Shown here piece after piece: positions 1-11,000 of a stretch of 64,000 bases of DNA. A program made the translations under genes and the position numbers. Origin of the DNA: a virus; the IMG/VR virus record IMGVR_UViG_3300043571_000313, positions 9,810 through 73,809 of that record, one strand, 5' to 3'. A model generated the notes under the pieces. It did no database searches and was not told the DNA's origin. It worked only from the letters and a program-made list of their open reading frames with translations. The number at the start of each line of letters is the position of its first letter. Positions within the stretch are counted from its first letter, which is position 1.

Positions 1-66
1 GAGGTCGAAGTCTCAAACGCCTGCGGCACCGTCAGCAGTTCCGCTTCGCTCACCGTCAACCCCTGA
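1..66 (+). CDS. 3' end of an Ig-like domain protein (partial)
   Basis: Frame 1 reads EVEVSNACGTVSSSASLTVNP*, matching the typical Ig I-set C-terminal pattern (VxVSNxxGxVxSxxAxLTV); not in the ORF track. Confidence 0.65.
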   Translation, partial: EVEVSNACGTVSSSASLTVNP

Positions 67-106
67 TTTGCCTCGACAAGAGTAACTCATCCTTTGGGGT
101 AATACC

Positions 107-316
107 ATGACTGCGGCCGAACTCAAAGTAATGCTGGAAAACGAGCTTAACCAGCTCACCCAACTTCACGATGGGGCCTCAAAAGAGGCGGCTGTATTGG
201 AAGCCAAGCTCAAGCATGCCGGGCTAAACGCCGCCTTTTTCATGGGGCGCATGAGCCAGCTTCAGCAGACGATCAGCCAAGTGGGAATGATCCAGCCACA
301 ACCACAGCAAGAATGA
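107..316 (+). CDS. hypothetical coiled-coil protein
   Basis: 69-aa ORF, ATGA-coupled to the next gene. Confidence 0.6.
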   Translation: MTAAELKVMLENELNQLTQLHDGASKEAAVLEAKLKHAGLNAAFFMGRMSQLQQTISQVGMIQPQPQQE

Positions 317-930
317 TGCTTTCCGAAAAGTCCTTCATGGTGGTCGACGACTTCTGCCCGGCGATCGACGACGTTCGCAATTCCGCCCTCGCCGCCGGAT
401 TCGGGACATGGCGACCCAGCAAGGGCGAAGTCGGGAGCTCCATCTACGAGGGCATGTGCTTCTGGGGGGATCACAGCTACATGCTGCACTCGCTTTCGCG
501 CGCCGTCGGCAAGCCAGTCTTCCCGAACACGATGTTCTTCCGCGTCACGAACAAGACGACCGAGAAGGCCTACGTGCACAGCGACCGCGAGACGGGTTCG
601 TTTACCTGCGTCGCCTATCTCTCGCAGCACTCCTGCACGAAGAGCGGCACCGGGTTCTTCCGCCACAGGCGCACCGGCCTGGTCGAGATGCCCGCGTTCA
701 ATCAGCTCCGCGACATGGGTGCCAAGGGAGAGAAGCTGAAGCGCGACATGGTTCGCGGATCTAGCCGCGATTGGGAGCAGCTGGACTTCGTGCGCGGCGT
801 TTACAACCGAGCCCTCATTTTTCGAGCACCGCTATTTCACGCGCGCCGCCCGCGCAATGGCATCGGAACGACCGCCGAAGACGGTCGCATTGTCTGGGTG
901 AGCCACTTCGAAGTGGAGGAGATCGCTTAA
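313..930 (+). CDS. 2OG-Fe(II) oxygenase-like protein (DUF6445-like)
   Basis: VVDDF N-terminus, HSD (HxD) motif, SGTGFFRH, YNRALIF, distal FH and R. Confidence 0.7.
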   Translation: MMLSEKSFMVVDDFCPAIDDVRNSALAAGFGTWRPSKGEVGSSIYEGMCFWGDHSYMLHSLSRAVGKPVFPNTMFFRVTNKTTEKAYVHSDRETGSFTCVAYLSQHSCTKSGTGFFRHRRTGLVEMPAFNQLRDMGAKGEKLKRDMVRGSSRDWEQLDFVRGVYNRALIFRAPLFHARRPRNGIGTTAEDGRIVWVSHFEVEEIA

Positions 931-931
931 C

Positions 932-1264
932 ATGGCTGAAGTCTGGGGAGCAGCACTCGGAGCAGCGGTAATCGGCGGCGGCATCACGCTAATCGGCGCC
1001 AACAAGCAGGCGAAAGCCGACGCCGCCGCGCGCGCCGAGAACAGCGCAGCGCAGGCCGAAAGCGAACGCCAGAATTGGGTTCGCTACCTGATGACGCGCG
1101 GCATCACGCCGTCCGCCGACACTCAAACCGGAGTCGTCCCTGGCGCCACGCCGGGAGCTCCGATCAACACCAAGCTGCCGGTCTGGGCCAAGGTGGTGAC
1201 ACCTTCCGTCCCGATGGCTGGAGCGCGGCCGTCCGTGCCGTTCCTCATCAAGAAAGGCGGGTAA
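932..1264 (+). CDS. small internal virion/ejection protein
   Basis: Gly/Ala-rich hydrophobic N-terminus followed by an Ala/Gln helical segment; heads the ejection-protein cluster. Confidence 0.55.
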   Translation: MAEVWGAALGAAVIGGGITLIGANKQAKADAAARAENSAAQAESERQNWVRYLMTRGITPSADTQTGVVPGATPGAPINTKLPVWAKVVTPSVPMAGARPSVPFLIKKGG

Positions 1265-1266
1265 CC

Positions 1267-2928
1267 GTGGACTACGAGACAGTACTTCAGCAGCACCAGA
1301 CGCTATTCCCGGGCGCAGACTACTCGCGCCCCGAGACAGTTGAGGCGTTCAATAAGTGGTGGGGTCAGATCGAGGCGCTTCCTCCGGGCGTGTGGGATGC
1401 CGCCTACAAGCTCATGGCCGAGAAGCCGGACCAGCGCGTCGCGTTCGTTCGCGACTACGGCGCCGATCTGAACAAGTGGCTCGATGGCGTCGTTGGCTGG
1501 TGGAGCGAGAACGGCTCCACTGTAGGCGGAAACATCAACGAGTATGGCACGGAGATCGGCTTGCTCGACGCTCTTGGGTATCAGGTCAACCCTGACGCAG
1601 TCCCGGCGCGCACCCTCGACCCGAACAATCCGAAGGCAGTCGCGCTCGAGCAAGACATTCTCAACACGATCATCAAGGACTACATCAACCCGGACCTTGA
1701 AGCCGACAAGAATCGGCGCGGTGAGGCAGACAAGATCGTCACCGACATCACCGGCGCGCTCGACAATGCGCTGAAGATCAACGACGAGATCCTTTCTGGC
1801 ACCTTCGACTCCAAGGGTTACCTCACCCGCAACCCGGATGTTTCCGCGTGGGCGGCGCAGGCGGTTGCCGGCGGTCAGTATCCCGACCTCGCGAGCGCGG
1901 CGAAGGGGCACTACGACTTGTTTGGGAAGAAGGAGGGCAGGACTTCAACGAACGTCACTCGGCTCCAGCTTGAGAACGAGATGGCTGACGGGACCGCCGC
2001 CAGCCTCGCAAAGTCCGCAGAGAGCGCGGCCAAGATCCGATTGGATGGGCTCGACAAGCGCAAAGAGGAGATGACCGCAGCCCTTGCGGGAATGCAGACA
2101 GATCGCAGCGGTGCGCTCGATGCGCAGACCGCGCAGCTCCGTGACGGTCTTGCCCTGCTGGAGACCGAGCGCAAGGCCGCCCTCGAACAGCTCACCAGTG
2201 CTCGCGTTGCCGCCGCCAACGCGGAAGTTACAGGCATCAATCAGGCGCTCCAGTCAGAGCGTGACCGCATCGTTGGGCGCGCTGCCGAAAAGGGATACAT
2301 CGGCGCGAGCACAATGGAGGATACAGCCTTGGCTCGCGCATCCATGGGCGCACGCCAAGTTGCCGCGCAGACCATGGGCAACGCGCGTGTCGCAAACGCG
2401 ACCGACTCGCGCGGGCTCGGCGACGAAATCGCCGGCACCCGGTTTGCGATCACTGGCAACGACGCAACGTCTCGGCGCGAAATTGCAGATGAAGGTGCGA
2501 CCGGCCGGTTCAATTTGGCTGACTCCATCTCGCAGGGCAGGCTTGGGGTCGCCGATACACTGGCGGGCCAGAAGCAAGATGCGACTGACGCAGGCACGAA
2601 GATGCGCCTCGGCTACTTCGACAACGACTTCACCCGCCGGCTGGGTGCAGCGCTCGTGCCGGTCACAATCGGCACGAACAAACTCTCCCTCCTCGACGCA
2701 TCAGGTCAGGCGGGTTCGACCGGGATGAATCGCGCGCTGAACTTCCTGAACTTTTTCTCCACCGGCGGAACCCCGCCCACGTCTAATCCGACCAACACCG
2801 CCGCGTCTCGAGTCGGCACCGACATGGCCGCCTTCGGCGCCGCGCTCACGAAGGCTGGCTTCAATGTGGGTAACACAGTGGGCTGGGGAAAACCCAAGGT
2901 CGACCCGAGCACCAACAAGGACGCATAA
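1267..2928 (+). CDS. internal virion/ejection protein with an NPDV...HY..GxxEGR module
   Basis: GTG at 1267 just after the previous stop; Ala-rich coiled coil; FDSKGYLTRNPDV...HYDLFGKKEGR motif. Confidence 0.6.
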   Translation: MDYETVLQQHQTLFPGADYSRPETVEAFNKWWGQIEALPPGVWDAAYKLMAEKPDQRVAFVRDYGADLNKWLDGVVGWWSENGSTVGGNINEYGTEIGLLDALGYQVNPDAVPARTLDPNNPKAVALEQDILNTIIKDYINPDLEADKNRRGEADKIVTDITGALDNALKINDEILSGTFDSKGYLTRNPDVSAWAAQAVAGGQYPDLASAAKGHYDLFGKKEGRTSTNVTRLQLENEMADGTAASLAKSAESAAKIRLDGLDKRKEEMTAALAGMQTDRSGALDAQTAQLRDGLALLETERKAALEQLTSARVAAANAEVTGINQALQSERDRIVGRAAEKGYIGASTMEDTALARASMGARQVAAQTMGNARVANATDSRGLGDEIAGTRFAITGNDATSRREIADEGATGRFNLADSISQGRLGVADTLAGQKQDATDAGTKMRLGYFDNDFTRRLGAALVPVTIGTNKLSLLDASGQAGSTGMNRALNFLNFFSTGGTPPTSNPTNTAASRVGTDMAAFGAALTKAGFNVGNTVGWGKPKVDPSTNKDA

Positions 2929-2931
2929 CCC

Positions 2932-4569
2932 ATGGCAACCGGACCACTAGCACTTCTCGGTGATGCAATCGCTTCCGGCACGGGAGACTGGGCCGCGATG
3001 GAGCGTGCGCGGAAGGAGCGCGAGCTCGCGCGGAGCGAGCGCGTTGCTGACGTGGCAGCCGAGCGCCAGTTCCAGACGGGTCGGGATGCCGCGCAGCAGA
3101 CATTCATGACGCAGCAGGCGAATGCGGCGCGCGATTTCGAAAGGAAACAGACGAGTGATGCGCAGGCCCGAGAGGAGCGGCTTTACAATGCGCGCTTCCT
3201 TGACTCGGTGAAGATCGACCTTATCCGGCAGGGGCTACTCGATCCTCGCAACGCCGATAAGGCCGAGGCAATCGCGCTGGCGATGAAGAAAGCTGGGCCT
3301 GAGTACGAGCGCGCGGTTCAAGAGTTGGCCGGATACCGCACCGCCATCCTGCGCGGCGAAATTAGCGTGCCTGGCGTCGAAAGCGTGCTAGAGATGGGGC
3401 CTGAACGCATCTTCGAAGCGCGGGAGATCATGGCTTCTGCGGCAGGCACGCTGGCGACCCGCTCCGATGCCGACCGCACGAACATCGAGCGCGGGCAGGG
3501 CAACGTTGCTGGAATGGTGGCACGCGCCAGTGCTGACCTTACAGCCCTCAGCGGAGAGCGCTCGACGCTCAATGCGGAAATGGCGCGCCTCAATAGCGGG
3601 CAGTTCAGCCCGCAAGAGGCCGAAGAGATTCGGCAGCTGACGATTGCCGAAGCTGCAAAGTCCGGCATCACAGCCAAGAACTTTAACGACCGCAAGAATG
3701 CCGAGGCCGTCGCCGCTGCGCGCCAAAAGGCGATTCAGCAGTTTGTCATGACAAAGGGGTTCGGCATTCAGCAGGCCCTCGTTGAGAACAATCGCCGGTA
3801 CAGCGAGGCCAATGAGGCGCTCGGAATCGCCAGCCGTATCAATCCCGCCATCGCCGGCCGCACGCCTGCTGCGCCAGGCGCACTCGGCGCAGGCGCGGGT
3901 CCAGCCGCCGGCACAGCCTCCCGGCCCGCTCGGCCGGCCGCTGCAACCACGCTCGACGCAAAGACCTTCCTTGATCAGCAAGGTCCAGCCGCCGGTGCTG
4001 CAGCTCCGGCCGGCGCAGCTGCGCCGGCCGCGCTCTCGACTGGTGGTGGCACCCCCGCCGCCGCGCCCGCGAAGCCCGCTGTCGTCGGCGCGAGCGACGA
4101 CGCCACATTCCTCGATGTTGGGGAGCCGACCGCCGGTGCCACCGACTCCTACGGTGGTGTCATTGGCGCCTTGTCCAGCCTGCTTCCAAGCAGGCAGGGC
4201 ATCACGAATGCGATGAACACCCTGGGCAATGCCGTCGCGGGCGCCCCCGTGGCAGCTGCAAGAGTCATGGGGGGAGAGAAGGCCGCCCGCGAGGTTACCG
4301 CTGACATCGATCGGCTTTCGACGGCTATTCGAAAAGGCGGCGTCGTCCCGTCGCGCGATCCGTCGCGCGTGCCACCCGCCCTGCTCCCGAGTCCGGTCAA
4401 CACCTACTCCGATGCGCAGGTGCGCGCCGCCGAGGACGAGATCCTATTGCGCCTGCCGTACTCGGTGCAAGCTGCCGGGATCCGCAGGAAGCGGGCGATG
4501 TCCCCGGAGGTCCCGCAGTCCACTGCTCCATACGGCGCGGGCGCGGTGCCGCCCGTATTCGGCCGCTGA
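2932..4569 (+). CDS. internal virion/ejection protein
   Basis: 545 aa, helical N-terminal half with an Ala/Pro linker; position among virion genes. Confidence 0.55.
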   Translation: MATGPLALLGDAIASGTGDWAAMERARKERELARSERVADVAAERQFQTGRDAAQQTFMTQQANAARDFERKQTSDAQAREERLYNARFLDSVKIDLIRQGLLDPRNADKAEAIALAMKKAGPEYERAVQELAGYRTAILRGEISVPGVESVLEMGPERIFEAREIMASAAGTLATRSDADRTNIERGQGNVAGMVARASADLTALSGERSTLNAEMARLNSGQFSPQEAEEIRQLTIAEAAKSGITAKNFNDRKNAEAVAAARQKAIQQFVMTKGFGIQQALVENNRRYSEANEALGIASRINPAIAGRTPAAPGALGAGAGPAAGTASRPARPAAATTLDAKTFLDQQGPAAGAAAPAGAAAPAALSTGGGTPAAAPAKPAVVGASDDATFLDVGEPTAGATDSYGGVIGALSSLLPSRQGITNAMNTLGNAVAGAPVAAARVMGGEKAAREVTADIDRLSTAIRKGGVVPSRDPSRVPPALLPSPVNTYSDAQVRAAEDEILLRLPYSVQAAGIRRKRAMSPEVPQSTAPYGAGAVPPVFGR

Positions 4570-4578
4570 TATTCCGCC

Positions 4579-5019
4579 ATGCCGTCGCTCAACAAAGTCA
4601 TGCTCATGGGCAATCTCACCCGAGATCCCGAGCTCCGCGTTACCCCCAAGGGCACCGCCATCTGCCAGTTCTCACTGGCCATTAACCGCGAGTTCAAACT
4701 CGAGTCGGGCGAGAAGCGCGACGAGGTTGTCTTCGTTGACGTCGAGGCATGGGGTAAGGCGGGCGAGACCGTCGCGAAGTACCTCACCAAGGGGAAGCCG
4801 CTGTTCGTCGAGGGCCGGCTGAAGCTGGAGCAGTGGGAAGACAAAAAGACCGGCGAGAAGCGCAGCCGCATGAAGGTCGTGCTTGAACAATTTCAGTTCA
4901 TTGGCGTCCGAGAGAACGCAGGCGGTGGCGAGCAGCAGTCCGGCGGCGAACAGCACGCGCCGGCTCCCGCCTCCAAGCCAGCGTCGCAGGACAACCTCGA
5001 TGAGGACATGCCATTCTGA
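4579..5019 (+). CDS. ssb: single-stranded DNA-binding protein
   Basis: NKVMLMGNLTRDPELR OB-fold start, VEGRL, acidic tail ending DEDMPF. Confidence 0.97.
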   Translation: MPSLNKVMLMGNLTRDPELRVTPKGTAICQFSLAINREFKLESGEKRDEVVFVDVEAWGKAGETVAKYLTKGKPLFVEGRLKLEQWEDKKTGEKRSRMKVVLEQFQFIGVRENAGGGEQQSGGEQHAPAPASKPASQDNLDEDMPF

Positions 5020-8000
5020 TGTCTGGCTCAACGAACTCTCTTGTCCAAGGGTACAGGGCGTACCTTGAACGCAGCGGCAAGGTTGACCTCCGCACCGACA
5101 CCGAGCTCACGGTCGAGCTCGGTGACCTCCTGCGCTCAAAGGGCAACGATGCCTTTGATCTGAAGGCGTCGGAGTATCCCGACTTCCGCGAGCAGTACCT
5201 CACAGCCACGCAGTCGACGGATCGGGGTGTGATCGGTGAGGTCGCGGCCGGCGCGCGGCGCGGTGCGCGCAGCCTGGCAGGGACGGCGATGGGTGCCGTC
5301 GCACTCGGCCTCGATGCCGTGGGTGCGAACGAGACCGCGAAGAGTCTGGCCACGAAGGCCGAGGAGTTCGCTTCCGGCGGCGAAGACAATGCGGCCACCG
5401 TCGGCCGGATGAAGGACGTCATAGACGTCGAGGGCGGCGTGCGGTACGCCGCCGGCAAGATCGGCGAGGCGGTTCCGTCCATCGCTGAAGCCCTCGTCAC
5501 TGCCACGATCGGCGCGACGGCTGGCACGGCGGCGGCACCCGGACCCGGCACAGCAGGCGGTGCAGCCGCAGGCTTCATCGGCAAGCAGGCCGTGAAGCAA
5601 ATGATTCGCAAAGGCGTCGCGACACGAATCCTCGGAAAAGATGTTACGGAAGCCGCTCTCGAGACAGCGCTCAAGGATGCTGCCAATGCCACGCTGCGCA
5701 CCGCGTTCGTGAACGAGAGCCGCGCGCTCGCCGCGCGCATGGGTGCCGGCGCCGTCGGCGCGATCAACTCCCTCGGCCTTTCGTCGGGCGAAATCTACAA
5801 CGAGACCGGCGACGTTGCCACGTCGCTCGGTGCTGGCGCCATCGCCGCGATCCCTGACACGATCCTGCCGACCTACATCGTAGGGAAGTTCTTCCGGGGT
5901 GCCGCCAGTGCTGACGACGTGGCGCGAGCGGGCGGTTTCATGAAGCGGCTCGCCACCGAGGCCGCGAAGACCATGCCGATCGAGGCCGGCACCGAAGCAT
6001 TTCAGGAACTCGTCAACATCGCTGCCGTCAAGTTCAACAAGGGCGAGCCAGCCACCCTCGATGCGGCCGACCTCGAGCGCATCAAGGAAGCGGCGGTGGG
6101 TGGATTGGCTGGCGGTTTGGTGGGAGCGCCCATCGCTGCGGCGCCCGCGCCAAACGCCGCCATCGAAGCCCGGCGTGCGGCGGCAACCGGCACGACACCC
6201 CCGCCGCCCGGCACACCTGTTACGCCGCCGCCGCCCCCGGCGCCCAAGACTCCGACGCGCGGCGAGGTTGTGGCGAAGTGGGTCGCGGCTGCGCCAGACC
6301 TACAGGATGCCCGGATCAACGCGCTGCTGCGCGTCACCCGCACCAAGGACGAGGATCAGGAACTCGAAGTCCTGAATGCGCTCGTGTCCCAGCGGCCGCC
6401 GGCCGTCGCCGCCACTGCGACGCCGCCGCCACCCGCTCCTTCGCCCGCATCAACTGCAACCCCTGCGCCGGCCGCATCAAATTGGCTGACCGAACAAATA
6501 GATCGCGATGCTGCGACTGCCGACCGCTTGGGCTGGACTCAGAAGATCGGCGACATGGCGGCACAGCGGATGACGGCTCGCCAGATTCGGGATGCGCTAC
6601 CGTACCGCGAGAACGGCATCGACCAGATGGACGCGATGAGCATTGTGCTTTCCGCTAGGAATAAGCTGAAAATTCCATCGCAGGAAGAGCGAGTAGAATT
6701 TGAGGAATGGATTAAGGCTAGGCAGCAAACCGCTTCCGCGCCTGCCGCAAGCATGGGCACACCACCGGCCGCGCCGGCACCTAGTGCAGTGGGCGCGGCC
6801 GGTGCAACGGTGACGCCGCTGGTGTCGGCACCCACCCCGCCGCCCCCGCCGCCGGTTGTCGCCCCCGCCCCGGCGCCAAAGCCGCCGACGGCCGCCGAGC
6901 TCACTGACCGGATCAACTCCGCGAACCGCCGGTTCGGGACCATCATCAGCCGTGTCCCGACGCTGGACTTTGCGGCGGCGAAGACCGCGCTCGAAGCCAT
7001 CAGCACGTCGCCGACGGACCTCGCGAACGCGGTCCAAAAGTTTGAGGCGTCCGTCGAAACTCTCGAAACGCTCGCAGTCGCCGAGGCTGCGAAGATCGCA
7101 GCGGGCACCGCGCAGAAGCGGCAGGAGGTTGCCACGTCCCGGGCGAAGAACCTTGCCGAAAAGCTGGATGCGCAGGTTGCCGCCGCCGCCGACCGCGCGC
7201 GCAAGCGCGCCGAGAAGAACGCGAAGATTCTGGCGAAGGAAGCCGAGGCGCCTGCGCCTCCCGCACCGGCGCCTCCGGGTTTCCGCTTGGCCACAGATCA
7301 GGAGATGAGCCTGCCTCTTCCATTGGAGGGTCAGTTTGTGCAGACGGCGAGCGGCGTCATATTTCGTGAGGGAGAGCAACCCGTGGGCGAGGCGGTCCAG
7401 CCGGTAAGAGTCGCGGTTTATCAGAAAGGCGAAAGGTTCCTCACGCAGAGACAGTATGAGGCTGAAGACGTCGCTCCGGTGGCGGAACCCGTCGTCACCC
7501 CGACCGTTCCTGCCCCCGCCGATTTACGAGCCGAGCAGGACGAGGCTGAGAGCGAAGATGATGCCGCCGCGACCGAGCAAATGCGCGCCATGGGTCGCTT
7601 CGCCGACGCGCTGCTTGCCAAGCAAGGCAAAAAAGCCGCCGAGGTGGTGCCGCCCCCCACCCCCGCCGACGACCTCAAAACCCGCCTCGATGCCGTGCTC
7701 AACCCTCCTGTCGAGGTGGCGCCGCTGTCGTTCGGCAAGATCGCGGCGATGGATTCGGAGCTGAATACTCAAGGCGCATCAGACAACTCGGGCACGCGCA
7801 CGAAGTCGCGCGTCGCTTACGCAATCCGCGACGATCGCGACACGTCGATCCCGGAGGATCAGCGTCCGGTCTATCTCAAGGGCACCGTCGACTACTCGAA
7901 GGCTGAGGGGCTGCTGCGCGTTGGTCCCGGAGCAACGAAGGGCGTCGGTAAGGCGGTCTTTGCCATGGGTAAGAATCGCGGCAAGCCAGCCGAGCGAACC

Positions 8001-11000
8001 AAGACCATTGAGCCTGGCGGATCGCAACAGGTACTACTTGAGGATCTGGCGAAGGCGGGATTCGTGCCGTACTTGAGGATCGTTTTCGACGGCGAGCCGG
8101 CCGCCATCAGCCGCCACTTCGCCAACATGGCGGAACTGGATGCGGCTATCGCCAAGACCGAGAAGGTGCCCGCTGCCACGACCGCTGTGAATGTGGCTGC
8201 TGGGCGCAGCACCCTGCGCTCTGACATCATCACAACGGGAGACGCGGCAATGACTGTCGCCGAATCCGCGCTCGCCCCCGAGGACGCGGCGAACGAGCAG
8301 TCGCCGGCTGCTGCGCTGGCAGAGGCGATGACAAAGGTGATGGACGGCATGACCACCACCATGCTCGACAGCATCGTTCGCCGCGCCGCGAAGGCGAAGG
8401 CCTCGATCGAGGCGACGATCGAGGGCATGCCTGCATTCGGCCGGGAGCTGCTGAAGAAGGTGATGGTCGAGACCGATGCCACCCCGGCGATGGTTGTTAC
8501 CTACGTTCGAAGCTCACTGCCGGCCGACACTGAGATCCCGGCTGGCCCGGGAACCTTTTCGCTCGATGCCAAGAAGGCCACGACATCGAAGACGACCGCA
8601 GCACCCGCGCTCAAGGGGTTCGACAAGGTGCCGCTGGCGGCGCTCGAAAAGCTGTATGAGGTCATCACCCGCTCGCCCAAGAACCTCGACGGAAACTTCG
8701 ACGGCAAGGAGCTTTCGTCCGGCTGGCTTGATCGACTCAATATCCTGTTCGAGCGGACGGGCATGGCGTCATTCGATGAGTTCGTCGCCACGCTGGACAA
8801 GTTGTCCAAGGCGGCGAAGTCGCCGACCCAGTTCGCGGCTGCGCTCAAGGGCAAGCCGATGTATGAGAGTCAGGAGTTCACCGTCCCGCTCCCGCCGGTC
8901 GGCCACTTCGAGGCGCTGGTGCAGCGTCTCCGCAACAACGGCTTCGATGTCGAGGTGATCCAGCGCGAGCTGGGCATGACGCTCGCCGGCATGTATCGCG
9001 GCGGGAAAATCTTCGTCGCGCTGGAGGACATGGCCAACGCCAACCTCGCCGGTCTTCGGCGCCTGATTCACGAGGCTGGCCACGCGGTCATCGACCAGGA
9101 GTCCATGCAGACGCGCGAGGATCTGCAGCGTGCGGTTGAGAGCACGATGAGCGAGGCCGACAACGGCGCGATCTTCAAGGCGGCGCTGAACGCCGGCAAG
9201 GACTGGGAGGAAATGCTGGTCGACACTACCGCGATCAAGCTGGCCGAGGAAGGCTTCGGCGAGAAGTCAGCCACCATTGCCGAGGCGATCTGGCGGACGG
9301 TGAAGGACGTTTACTACCGGGTGGGCATGGCGATGCTGCGCGCGCTGGGCGTCGATCCGTCGCCGGAAAGTGTCCTTGCGTGGTGGGACAATAACATGCG
9401 GCGCCACCTGGGCGGCGACTTCGACTTCCGATTCACAGACCTCTTCCGCCCACACGTTGAGCGCAACGCCGAGCGCGTCTCCCGCTTCACCATCGCCGAC
9501 GGGCAAGACATTCCCGACCTCCTCGATCCTATCACCGGCCGCGTGACGCAGGCCGAGGTAGTGCCGGACACCGTCGAGGCAGCGGAGTGGAACCTCAAGT
9601 TCATGAAGGATGGCGTGGCCGGCGCGGACATGGACTACACCGAAGCCATGGCGCGGGTCACGGCGGCGGCATGGAACGAGGCGATGCCCGTGATCCAGCG
9701 GCTCAAGGCAGAGCTCCTGCCGGCCGGGACGGATGATCAGTTCTGGGCCATCTTTTCCCCATCGAAGGACACTCCGCAGAAAATCGTTGAGGAGATGGAG
9801 AAGCGGGTGCCCGGCGCAGCGACGGCAAAGGTCGGTGGTGAGAAGATGACCGATGCGATGAACTCTCGCGCGCGTGCGAAAGCGTTCCGCATCATCACCG
9901 GACTTGCTCGAGCAGCCCGCAAGCGCGCGGCCGGCAGCGAAGCAGCCATCACCCGCGAGTCGGACGCGATCGTTGCCAAGGCGGAACAGCTAAACCGTGC
10001 CGACCGCGAGCTCCGCGACGCGACCGCAATGGATGCTGTTTTCAACGACGCGCTGCGCGACCTCATCAAGGAACTCTCGGTCGGCATCGACAGCGGACCC
10101 GACACTGCTTTTGCGGCCGGCAAGCTGGCGGGCGCCATCCGCGAGATCGAGCGGCTGACAGACAAGGACGCGATCCCCGCCGAGTACCAGAACGTTTTCA
10201 AGCGGCTACTCGACAGCGGCGGCGTGTCGGTCTTCGACTACCTGAGCGCCATCGCCCGCCTGAAGCTGCCTCTCGGCAGCATGAAGGTGCCGGACATCAT
10301 GAAGGCGATCAGCGAGAACGCTGCTTCCGACTCCCGCCTTGCTTCGCTCAACGATCAACGCCCCCTCGCCGTCGCGCTCTCCACCCTGGCGCGCAACTCG
10401 ACGCGCGAGATGGACCTCCTTCAACTGCGCTCACTCAAGGACGCTGCCGAATACACTTCGATCCGCGCCGAGCTGGACGAGATCCAAGTAGCCAACGAAA
10501 CCCGCCTCGAGGAAATCGCCAAGGGGATCGACGCCAAGGCCGAGAGTCTGAGTCTGCGGGACCGGCTGAAGCAGGCATACGTTGAGGCACGCCGGGATTT
10601 CAACCGCTCGCGCAAAACAATCCAGCGCCAGCAGGAGTTGGTCATCCAACGCAAGCGCTTTGCCGACGTCATGGAGGAGCGCGCCACGGAGCTATCCCGC
10701 GACGTGGGATCGTTCTCGTTTTGGGAGGCGCACGACGGCGCTCAATACCGGGCGATGACCCGGGGTGACGACGGCAAGTGGACGGCAACCGAGCGCACGC
10801 TGCGCATGGTGGGCGATGAGATTACTGAACAGCACGAGCAGGTTTCGCACGACATGGCGATGAACCGGCTTTGGCTGAACATGCACAAGGATCAGGCTGG
10901 CTCCCGCCTCTATGAAGAGGTGAAGCGCCAGACATGGGAACTCACCAAGCTCGACTTCGCCAAGAACTATGAGGCGGCGACACGCTTCCGCATGGACCGC

